Below, in pieces: positions 9,422 through 17,870 of a stretch of DNA of 64,000 bases (the first letter of the stretch is position 1; each line of letters begins with the position of its first letter). The DNA comes from Bacteriovoracaceae bacterium (GTDB lineage Bacteria > Bdellovibrionota > Bacteriovoracia > Bacteriovoracales > Bacteriovoracaceae), in NCBI GenBank assembly GCA_018649885.1, contig JABIHA010000113.1, positions 1-64,000 of the forward strand, given 5' to 3'. The notes under the pieces were generated by a model. The model was not told the DNA's origin. It ran no database searches and saw only the letters and a program-made list of their open reading frames with translations. The position numbers and the translations under genes were made by a program.

Positions 9422-9480
9422 AAGATCCTCCTGGATTAATTCAAATTAAACCCCTGTCTCTTATGTCGGCAGGAGTGAGA
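9422..9480 (-). ncRNA. Candidate S6:S18 autoregulatory mRNA leader
   Basis: Minus strand CUCCUG-CCG...CAGGAG: 5' CUCCUG can pair with the SD, with adjacent CCG; inner hairpin UUAAUU/AAUUAA. Confidence 0.55.
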
Positions 9481-9599
9481 TTATTAATGTAGGGAGTGAA
9501 CTTAGCAAAAAGCAGATGATTCAACAAGAAAGATTGAGCTAGAGATCTTGAAAAACATCCGGATAAGTGACTGTTATTATATGGAAATAAGAAAATATT

Positions 9600-9626
9600 T
9601 AAGACCCTTTCCGAATGCTTCGATAA
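9600..9626 (+). promoter_or_regulatory. Sigma28-like promoter of the PilZ gene
   Basis: TAAG-N15-TTCGATAA, ~25 nt before ATG 9651. Confidence 0.5.
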
Positions 9627-9650
9627 GTCATAACGGTGAGGTCGCAAAAA

Positions 9651-10433
9651 ATGAGTTTCAAAGACAATCAAAAGCAATATTTAAAGGAACTTAGAGAAGG
9701 TGAAACAGATGAATTTTGGGACAAAGTTGCCCTAAAAGGCGCGCGAGCGTTTGTCTGGAAAACTGGACAAGAATCGCCTCACAGTCTTGATGTTTCAGTG
9801 CAGGATAATTCTCAAAATGAAAGCATAAATATTGATGTGCCATCTCTATTACAAAATATATTTAGAGAAGATTACAAACAAAAATTGATTTATTTTAAAC
9901 TTGTCACTGCGAGCGATGATCAATTTTTTACTCAGGGTCAAATTAGTTGCAGCAGCTGCGAAGCTGGCGACAAATTCAGCTTTCATCCTAGCGGGCAATT
10001 TTACAAAGCTGTTAAAAGAGAAAATTGCAGATACCAAATTGGAGGAGACGAAAAAGTCATTGTTAATCTCGCAGGTTTTGACTACGAGTGCTTTGATATT
10101 TCAGCAGGTGGCCTAAGCTTTTTACTACAAATGAATGAGTCCGAGCTTTTCGATAAAGGCACTGAGTACAAAAATGCACCCATTAAGTACAACCAAAAGA
10201 GATTTAATATTGATGATTTAAAAATTGTGGCAATCTTGTTTGTAGACATGACAAAGAACAAGAGCAAAGACCATGTCAAAATAGACACCCACGCCAAAGT
10301 TTGCGTTCAGTTCGATAAAATTAATAACCAAGTTCAAGACGACCTATGGCTTGCGGTCAACAAAAGTCTTCAGTCTCAAATGTCAGTTGACATGAAAAAG
10401 AGGCAAGAAGAAATGGAAAAAAAAGCAAGCTAG
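9651..10433 (+). CDS. PilZ-domain (c-di-GMP receptor) protein
   Basis: RxxxR (RENCR) and DxSxxG (DISAGG) motifs; GAGG RBS before ATG 9651. Confidence 0.8.
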   Translation: MSFKDNQKQYLKELREGETDEFWDKVALKGARAFVWKTGQESPHSLDVSVQDNSQNESINIDVPSLLQNIFREDYKQKLIYFKLVTASDDQFFTQGQISCSSCEAGDKFSFHPSGQFYKAVKRENCRYQIGGDEKVIVNLAGFDYECFDISAGGLSFLLQMNESELFDKGTEYKNAPIKYNQKRFNIDDLKIVAILFVDMTKNKSKDHVKIDTHAKVCVQFDKINNQVQDDLWLAVNKSLQSQMSVDMKKRQEEMEKKAS

Positions 10434-10663
10434 CTTGATCGATTTACAATAAATTCTATTTAAATTTGAAAAAACCAATTGTGCCTTTAAGAGTTGCCAA
10501 AAAAGGTTAATTCGACGCCCATACCCAAGTGGGTGCTATTTAGCTAGGTATCCAATATTAAAGACTTTCCTTCCAAAATACAAAATTAAGTCAGTCAGGC
10601 ACTCCAACTGTTCAATAATAGATGAACAAAATAAGTATCAATTAGTTAACAAGGATTTTGACC

Positions 10664-13108
10664 ATGAAAACTTTACGCTGGATCGTCCAGTCTCAATCTG
10701 GATTTTCCTTAATCGAAATCATGATCGTCTCTGCAATGATGGCCGGTGTGGCCATGGTGTCTACCAAAATGTCGAGCAACCAAATGAAAAACGCCAAAAC
10801 CATCGAAAAGAAGTTTGGTGTTATTCAAGAAGCTGAGTCACAAAAGTTCCTACTCTCAAAGTCTGTGAACTGTAATAAGACTCTTGAAAACGTCGATTTG
10901 GATGACCTCGGTGGTGGTGCAGAAATAGATGTTCCGAGTCTGATGAAATCTGATGGTGTCAGTAAGTGGACACCTGGAACTGACTATGACAATGGAAATA
11001 TTAACTTAGAATCAGTTAAGCTCACAGGTGATTTTGAGGTGGACCCTGACAATCCGCTATATGGTGATATCAATTTACGAGTTAACTGGAAGAAAAATGG
11101 AAGATTTTATGGCCCCGAGAAGGTTTATAAAGATATCCCTCTCAGAGTTACAGTAGACGCTAGTAATGTAATCCAAAATTGTTATACAACTTCTGGTGGT
11201 GATGGTGGTGCCTCGCTTTGGCAAGAACATGTCGATGGAATTTATTATTCAGATGCCATAGCAGCTAAAGTGACAATTGGAAAAGATCCAAGTGCTGCTG
11301 TTGCAACATTTGAGGTCCTTGGCAACGCTGCTATCGGAACAAATTCCAGTGTCACTACCACAACAGGATTGGCTTTTGGGGGATCTTCAAGTGCGGACTA
11401 TAGCCTTGCCCTTGGTGAGAGGGCCAGTGCATCTGATGATGCTTCCATTGCAATTGGTAGTAGTCTTAACGCAGGCTATGTCGCCGCCAGCGGTGATGGC
11501 TCTACTGCTATTGGTTCTGCCAATACCTGGAACCCACATGCATCTTCCCAGTACAATAAGGGGGCCCTTGCCACAGGGGATGGATCTGTCGCCATAGGTG
11601 GAGCCGGTTATGATCCAACAACTACCGCGTGGCCATCAATTGCTCAAAGAGAAGGAGCAAAAGCTTCAGGGGACTACAGTATTGCCATGGGAGTAAGGTC
11701 GGAAGCAGAAGAGATGAACTCTATTTCCATTGGTGTTGTCTCTTGGGCGGGATCGAATTCAGCTGAAAGTGGAAATAGGCCCTACAGTATTGCCATTGGC
11801 CACAATTCCTACTCTATGGACTCAAAAACAATTGCACTCGGTTACCGTTCCTATGCAGGTGAAGCAGGTACTAATGACAGTGATACAGACAATGCTAGTG
11901 CAATTGCTATTGGAGAAACCGTCTATGCGTATGATAAATACTCAATTGCTATTGGTTCATCTGCTGTAACTGGAAACTCTGATGAAGACCCAGGAGCTGT
12001 TGGCGAAGGTGATGAATCAATTGCCATTGGGCGCTCTTCAAGGGCCTACGACAAAAGATCTATCGCCATTGGTCCCAGTTCGACTGCCGGTAAAAATACA
12101 ATTGGCACCGATAAGCAAAATGGTATTGCCATTGGTTATAGCTCAAGTTCGACAGAATCTAATACAATTGCCATTGGCCAGAGTGCAAGCTCTTCGTCAT
12201 CAGATGGCATTGCTATTGGGCAAAGTAGTGTAGCCTCTCAATCAGCTGCAATTGCTATTGGAAAAGGCGCTGTAGCTGATGAAATTTATTCAATTGTTAT
12301 AGGAGACTCAGCTGATGTCAGTGACTCTTACGGTATAGCCATTGGTTATGGTGCCAACGCTGCATTTGGAGGTGCCTATGATGGACCTATTGCCATTGGT
12401 AAAGATGCAAAATCGGCTGGTCGAGGAATAGCCATTGGTTATGAAGCTGAAGCAGAAGCAGGAAGTTACGTGATTGGTTATAAAGCAGTCGCTAAGGGAG
12501 AGCTCCATATAGCAATTGGGGGAGATATCACCCACGCTAACTCCGATCGAAATATTGTTATTGGCTACGGGGCCAAAATTAGCTCAAATGTTGACGAATC
12601 AATGGTGATCTCCAGTGATTGGGGCGCAAGTGTTGACGTCACCTCGAGTAATAAATTCTTAGCACATTTTGATAATGGCTTTGATTTTTGTACAGGTAAT
12701 ACTGCCGACCCTTGTTCAACAAAAATGACTATTAGCTCTACTGGTAATGCAGCTATCACTTCAGATAAAAATAAGAAAACACGTTTTGAAAAAGTAGATC
12801 CAGAAGAGTTTGTAAACCGCTTTTTTGATTTAGATATCTTCTGGTGGAACTACAAAACAGATCTAGAGGATAAAGATAGGCATGTTGGACCTATGGCCCA
12901 AGATTTTAAGAAAGCTTTTGGTACTTACGGAAAAGAGACGATGATCAGCCAAATGGATATGAGAGGTGTTAATATGCTGGGGATCAAAGGTCTTGCAATA
13001 AAAAATAGAAAGCTTGCAGGAGAGGTTGAAGAGCTTAGGGCCGAAAATGATGATCTAAGGGTGAGGCTTGAAAGAATTGAATCAATTCTAGAGAAACTAG
13101 ATAAATAA
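10664..13108 (+). CDS. Prepilin-anchored trimeric fibre adhesin 1 (pilin N-terminus + YadA-head repeats + peptidase S74 chaperone)
   Basis: G|FSLIE prepilin motif with hydrophobic helix; many S/A-I-A-I-G repeats; SDKNKK...WNYK...HVGPMAQD and terminal coiled coil. Confidence 0.85.
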   Translation: MKTLRWIVQSQSGFSLIEIMIVSAMMAGVAMVSTKMSSNQMKNAKTIEKKFGVIQEAESQKFLLSKSVNCNKTLENVDLDDLGGGAEIDVPSLMKSDGVSKWTPGTDYDNGNINLESVKLTGDFEVDPDNPLYGDINLRVNWKKNGRFYGPEKVYKDIPLRVTVDASNVIQNCYTTSGGDGGASLWQEHVDGIYYSDAIAAKVTIGKDPSAAVATFEVLGNAAIGTNSSVTTTTGLAFGGSSSADYSLALGERASASDDASIAIGSSLNAGYVAASGDGSTAIGSANTWNPHASSQYNKGALATGDGSVAIGGAGYDPTTTAWPSIAQREGAKASGDYSIAMGVRSEAEEMNSISIGVVSWAGSNSAESGNRPYSIAIGHNSYSMDSKTIALGYRSYAGEAGTNDSDTDNASAIAIGETVYAYDKYSIAIGSSAVTGNSDEDPGAVGEGDESIAIGRSSRAYDKRSIAIGPSSTAGKNTIGTDKQNGIAIGYSSSSTESNTIAIGQSASSSSSDGIAIGQSSVASQSAAIAIGKGAVADEIYSIVIGDSADVSDSYGIAIGYGANAAFGGAYDGPIAIGKDAKSAGRGIAIGYEAEAEAGSYVIGYKAVAKGELHIAIGGDITHANSDRNIVIGYGAKISSNVDESMVISSDWGASVDVTSSNKFLAHFDNGFDFCTGNTADPCSTKMTISSTGNAAITSDKNKKTRFEKVDPEEFVNRFFDLDIFWWNYKTDLEDKDRHVGPMAQDFKKAFGTYGKETMISQMDMRGVNMLGIKGLAIKNRKLAGEVEELRAENDDLRVRLERIESILEKLDK

Positions 13109-13111
13109 ATT

Positions 13112-13144
13112 ATATAAGTGCCTTCCTAAGGAAGGCACTTATAT
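13112..13144 (+). terminator. Perfect 15-bp hairpin after fibre gene 1
   Basis: ATATAAGTGCCTTCC-TAA-GGAAGGCACTTATAT. Confidence 0.7.
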
Positions 13145-13370
13145 CTAACAACTCAATAAATTTCCTTTTCAATCTACTCTTATTTTTTTGCCATCACTAG
13201 TGGTCAGTTAATTAAATTTAAACCAGTTTCCTATAGAGTATCTACTCATCACATCTTATTAATATTACAAAGAAAACGACCTTAATCCGAAACTTAACCC
13301 ACTGGATACACATGAAATGCTCGATAATGGACGATAGAGAAGTACTAAAATGTTAACAAGGATTTTGACC

Positions 13371-15785
13371 ATGAAAACTTTACGCTGGATGGTCCAGTCT
13401 CAATCTGGATTTTCCTTAATTGAAATCATGATCGTCTCTGCAATGATGGCCGGTGTTGCCATGGTGTCTACCCAAATGGCAGGCAACCAAATGAAAAATG
13501 CCAAAACCATCGAAAAGAAATTTGGTGTCATTCAAGAAGCTGAGTCACAAAAGTTCCTACTCTCAAAGTCAGTGAACTGTAACAAGTCTCTTGAAGGTAT
13601 CGATTTAGACGATCTAGGAGGTGGGGATATTGACGTCCCTAAACTTGTAAAATCAGATGGGGTAATATCCACAGATAAGTGGGTGGTCGGAAATGATTAT
13701 GACAATGGAAATATCAATTTAGATTCCATTAAATTAAACTCGTTTGATGTGGACCCTGACGAAGCTCTCTATGGTGATGTCAATATGAGAATTAACTGGA
13801 AAAAACTGGGGAAATTTTACGGACCAGAAATGGTTTTTAAAGATATTCCTCTCAGAGTCACTGTGGACGCTGATAATGTGGTCCAGAACTGTTACACAAC
13901 CTCTGGTGGTGATGGTGGTGCCTCTGTCTGGCTAGAACATGTAGATGGAATTTATTATTCCGATGCCATAGCAGCTAAAGTGACAATTGGGAAAGACCCA
14001 AGTACCGCAGTTGCAACATTTGAGGTCCTTGGCAACGCTGCCATTGGGACCAACTCCAGCGTCACGGCCACAACGGGGTTTGCCATAGGCGGATTATCAA
14101 GTGCTGATTATGGACTTGCCCTTGGAGAGAGGGCCAGCGCATCTGATGATGCTTCCATTGCAATTGGAAGTAGTGCTGATGCTGGCTATGTAGCTGCCAG
14201 CGGTGACGCCTCTGTAGCAATTGGCTCGGCTAATACCTGGAACCCACACGCATCATCTCCTTACAACAAGGGTGCTCTTGCCACAGGGGATGGATCTGTC
14301 GCCATAGGTGGAGCAGGCTATGATCCAACGCTTTCCGCGTGGTCATCAATTGCCCAAAGAGAAGGAGCACAAGCTTCTGGGGACTACAGTATAGCCATGG
14401 GTGTAAGATCTGAAGCCGAAGAAATGAATTCAATTGCCATTGGTGTTGTCTCATGGGCAGGATCAGATGCAGGTGAAACTGGAAATAGACCTTATAGTAT
14501 TGCCATTGGTGCCAACGCCTATTCTAATGACTCAAAAACAATTGCACTTGGATACAAATCTTATGCTGGTGAATACGGGGCCAACGATAGCAATACCGAT
14601 AATGCCGGTGCTATTGCAATTGGAGAAACGGTCTACGCAAAAGATAAGTATTCAATTGCCATAGGATCTTCTGCAGTGGCCGGGAACTCCGGTGAAGACC
14701 CAGGAGCAGTAGGTGAAGGTGATGAATCAATTGCCATTGGACGTTCTTCAAGGGCCTACGATAAAAGATCAATCGCCATTGGTGCAAGTTCTACTGCAGG
14801 TGGAGCTACAGTTGGCAGTGATATTCAAAATGGAGTGGCCATTGGTTATAGTTCTTCTGCAACAGGTGCAAATAGTGTTGCCGTAGGACAAGACTCAAAT
14901 GGTGGCGGTAGTTATGCTGTTGCAGTGGGTGACGGAGCAACCGCTGGTTCTTCAAGAGGCATTGCGATCGGAAGAAATGCTTCCGTTACAGACAGCTACG
15001 GAATTTCTATTGGCTCAGGTGCAGTAACAGGAAATGGTGGAGCTTCGTTTGGCGAGGAATCAATCGCTATTGGACGAGATTCCGTTGCCTCAAATGAGCA
15101 AACGATTGCTATCGGATTCGAAGCTGAGGCAACAGGAATTGATGGCGTCTCAATTGGGTATAGTGCAAAAGCAAGCGCTTATTCACTTGGTGCACTCGGA
15201 GAAGCAACAGGGGTTGGATCAGTTGCTATAGGCCGTGGTGCTAAAGCTGAACATGATTACTCAATGGTTGTTAGTCCACAATTTTTACTTTTTCTTTCAC
15301 CTGATGTTCGATCAAGTACAACAGAGCAATACACTGCTTACTTTGATAATGGTTATCGATTTTGCACCAATAGCGATATTGCTGACCCATGTGGACAAAG
15401 GTTTTATATTTCTACCTCAGGAACCTATGGAACAATTTCTGATAGAAATAGAAAAGATAAATTTATAGACATTGATCCTGATGAATTTTTCAATAAAATT
15501 TTGGAAATAGATGTCCAAAGATGGAATTACAAAACAAGTATGGACCCAAAGGATCAACACATTGGACCAATGGCCCAAGATTTCTACAAAATTTTTGAAA
15601 TCGGTGAAGATGACAAAGTCATTGATGGAGTCGATATTGACGGGGTTAACTTAATGGGACTCAAGTCTGTTGCTCTCAAAGAAGTTGAGCTTGAAAATAG
15701 AGTGGTTGAATTAGAAAGTGAAAATGCGAGTCTTAAATCAAGGCTTGAAAGACTAGAATCAATTGTTGAAAAACTAAGTAAGTAG
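13371..15785 (+). CDS. Prepilin-anchored trimeric fibre adhesin 2 (paralog of 10664-13108)
   Basis: Same G|FSLIE motif and YadA repeats; SDRNRK...WNYK...HIGPMAQD; near-identical N-terminal half. Confidence 0.85.
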   Translation: MKTLRWMVQSQSGFSLIEIMIVSAMMAGVAMVSTQMAGNQMKNAKTIEKKFGVIQEAESQKFLLSKSVNCNKSLEGIDLDDLGGGDIDVPKLVKSDGVISTDKWVVGNDYDNGNINLDSIKLNSFDVDPDEALYGDVNMRINWKKLGKFYGPEMVFKDIPLRVTVDADNVVQNCYTTSGGDGGASVWLEHVDGIYYSDAIAAKVTIGKDPSTAVATFEVLGNAAIGTNSSVTATTGFAIGGLSSADYGLALGERASASDDASIAIGSSADAGYVAASGDASVAIGSANTWNPHASSPYNKGALATGDGSVAIGGAGYDPTLSAWSSIAQREGAQASGDYSIAMGVRSEAEEMNSIAIGVVSWAGSDAGETGNRPYSIAIGANAYSNDSKTIALGYKSYAGEYGANDSNTDNAGAIAIGETVYAKDKYSIAIGSSAVAGNSGEDPGAVGEGDESIAIGRSSRAYDKRSIAIGASSTAGGATVGSDIQNGVAIGYSSSATGANSVAVGQDSNGGGSYAVAVGDGATAGSSRGIAIGRNASVTDSYGISIGSGAVTGNGGASFGEESIAIGRDSVASNEQTIAIGFEAEATGIDGVSIGYSAKASAYSLGALGEATGVGSVAIGRGAKAEHDYSMVVSPQFLLFLSPDVRSSTTEQYTAYFDNGYRFCTNSDIADPCGQRFYISTSGTYGTISDRNRKDKFIDIDPDEFFNKILEIDVQRWNYKTSMDPKDQHIGPMAQDFYKIFEIGEDDKVIDGVDIDGVNLMGLKSVALKEVELENRVVELESENASLKSRLERLESIVEKLSK

Positions 15786-15792
15786 TAAATAG

Positions 15793-15867
15793 ATGTGATC
15801 ACCAAAGGCAATCAACTTTGCTGATCACATTTTCTGGTGAGAGTGCCAACTTTTGTTGGCACTCTTT
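15793..15867 (+). terminator. Two tandem hairpins after fibre gene 2
   Basis: ATGTGATCA...TGATCACAT+TTT (15793-15833) and AGAGTGCCAAC-TTTT-GTTGGCACTCT (15840-15865). Confidence 0.6.
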
Positions 15868-15978
15868 AACTATTTCAATAAATTCTCTTTTCTAAAATTG
15901 GGTAGTTACTCAAAAAAATTCATTGATACCCTTATATGGCCTAAAATTAAGGGGTGGGGCCTAGAAAGGAGGAGCTCT

Positions 15979-16242
15979 ATGAATGATCAAAACAAGCTCT
16001 TAGAAAAGCTTATAAGAGATCGAGAGGAGTTCCTGAGAGCCTATCCACACTTACGACCTCTGCAAGATTATATCGATCAAAAGCTGGATATGGCGGGATC
16101 AGACCCAGCAAAAAGAATGGAAGTTATTTACCACTTATTGTCTGAATTCATGAGAAATGGGGCTGACTTACAAGAAGAAGTCGATGAGCTATCTAAAAAG
16201 CTCGATACACTAGTGGCCAAATTTCTGAAAGAGAGTGCTTAG
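15979..16242 (+). CDS. Small helical/coiled-coil hypothetical protein
   Basis: Strong AGGAGGAG RBS before ATG 15979; amphipathic helical sequence. Confidence 0.7.
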   Translation: MNDQNKLLEKLIRDREEFLRAYPHLRPLQDYIDQKLDMAGSDPAKRMEVIYHLLSEFMRNGADLQEEVDELSKKLDTLVAKFLKESA

Positions 16243-16246
16243 ATAT

Positions 16247-17833
16247 TTAAAACTCTTGACCAATAATTTCGTACTGCTCAATGTGATAGTTATTTTCGGC
16301 CCGGAGGATGATCTGTTTATTGTATACTTCCCCAAGGGACTCGATAATATCGATATCCTCTCCACAGAGCCTTGAGCTGACTTCAGGGTGAGCATATATA
16401 TAGAGTTTCTTACCTTTAGATTTCTTGATAGTTTTTGCGGCTTCTCTGACAATATCATAGCAGACAGTGATAACAGTTTTAACAGTACCTGTTCCCTCAC
16501 AGTAAGGGCAGGACTCGCACATCACTCTGGTCAATGTATCCCGAATTCTTTTTCTGGTCATTTCTACCAGACCAAAATTCGAAATAGGAAGAACATTTGT
16601 TTTTGCGCGGTCTTTTTTTAATACTTCTAAAAGAGATAAGTAAACCTGCTCGCGATGCTCTTCTCTTTCCATATCAATAAAATCGATAATTATAATTCCA
16701 CCGCAATTTCTAAGTCTTAGTTGATAGGCAATTTCTTTGATGGCCTCAAGGTTGGTTTGAAGGATTGTATCTTCAAGGGATCTTTTGCCAACAAATTTGC
16801 CGGTATTAACATCTACTGAGACCAAGGCTTCTGTTTGGTCAATATTAATTGAGCCACCAGATTTGAGATAAATTTTATTTCCCAGAGCACGCTCAACTTC
16901 AATCTCGATTCCGTATTGCTCAAAAATCGGCACATCACCACCGAAGAGCTTAACCTTACCCTTCATCTGAGGGAGATATTTATTTATGAATTTTTCTACT
17001 TGCTTAAAATGAGTTTTGGAATCAACCAAAATTTGATCTACATCTTGATCGGTAATATCCCTTATGGCCCTTTGAATGAAATCTAGGTCAGTGTGAACTA
17101 GAGCAGAAGCCTTGGCCTTTTTTTGGGCCCGATCTATTTCTTTCCAAATTTTACTAAGCATTTGATAATCAGCTTTCAGCGTTTTTAGGGCCTGCCCTTC
17201 AGCGACTGTTCTGGCAATGACTCCAGTCCCCTCTTGGCAAATCCCCTCAATAACCTCTTTTAACCTAATACGCTCATCTTCATTTTCAATTCTTCTGGAA
17301 ACTCCGATGTGTTCTATGAAAGGCATGTAAACAATATGCCTACCGGCCAGGGTAATATGTCTAGTAATCCTTGGACCTTTAGTAGAGATAGGCTCTTTGG
17401 CCACTTGAACTAAAATCTCTTCACCCTCTTTAAGAAAATCTTCAATTTTAACGTCTGGTCTAAGTGTCATATCAACTGACTCAGACAGAGTGGAAAGCTC
17501 ATCTGGAATAGTATCCATTTTTTTCCGGGCCTTCTCTTCTTCCTCTTTTTTTATACGAAGCTTTTCTGCCATCTCTCTCTGCTCTTCGAGAGTTGGAATG
17601 TAGGCATCATCAACATATAAAAATGCGGCGCGCGCCCAACCGATATCCACAAAAGCAGACTGCATACCGGGGAGAACTCTTATGACTTTTCCTTTATAGA
17701 TATTGCCTACAATGGGTCGATTATCTCCGCCATGCTCCACGCGATCAATGAGGTAATCAACGATTGCACCATTGTCCATAAAAGCGATACGAGTTTCGTT
17801 AAGTGTCTGATTAATAATGAGTTCTTTGGCCAT
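16247..17833 (-). CDS. rng: Ribonuclease G/E family (Rne/Rng)
   Basis: GNIYKGKV..PGMQSAFVDIG S1 domain, DVNTG, RLRNCGGIIIIDFIDM, CPYC; length fits RNase G. Confidence 0.9.
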   Translation of the reverse strand: MAKELIINQTLNETRIAFMDNGAIVDYLIDRVEHGGDNRPIVGNIYKGKVIRVLPGMQSAFVDIGWARAAFLYVDDAYIPTLEEQREMAEKLRIKKEEEEKARKKMDTIPDELSTLSESVDMTLRPDVKIEDFLKEGEEILVQVAKEPISTKGPRITRHITLAGRHIVYMPFIEHIGVSRRIENEDERIRLKEVIEGICQEGTGVIARTVAEGQALKTLKADYQMLSKIWKEIDRAQKKAKASALVHTDLDFIQRAIRDITDQDVDQILVDSKTHFKQVEKFINKYLPQMKGKVKLFGGDVPIFEQYGIEIEVERALGNKIYLKSGGSINIDQTEALVSVDVNTGKFVGKRSLEDTILQTNLEAIKEIAYQLRLRNCGGIIIIDFIDMEREEHREQVYLSLLEVLKKDRAKTNVLPISNFGLVEMTRKRIRDTLTRVMCESCPYCEGTGTVKTVITVCYDIVREAAKTIKKSKGKKLYIYAHPEVSSRLCGEDIDIIESLGEVYNKQIILRAENNYHIEQYEIIGQEF

Positions 17834-17870
17834 TGCGCCAGTTTACACGTGGATATAAAGTCAGGCAATT

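Noticed and set aside
13260..13340. Sigma28 promoter for fibre gene 2 (CTCGATAA, GACGATAG)
   Set aside because: No TAAA-like -35 at 15-nt spacing.
10664..15785. Diversity-generating retroelement or invertase-driven tip switching
   Set aside because: No reverse transcriptase, recombinase or adenine-specific TR/VR pair seen in the window.
15853..15978. Longer N-terminus for the 15979 gene
   Set aside because: The TTG lies within a hairpin; a strong SD precedes ATG 15979.
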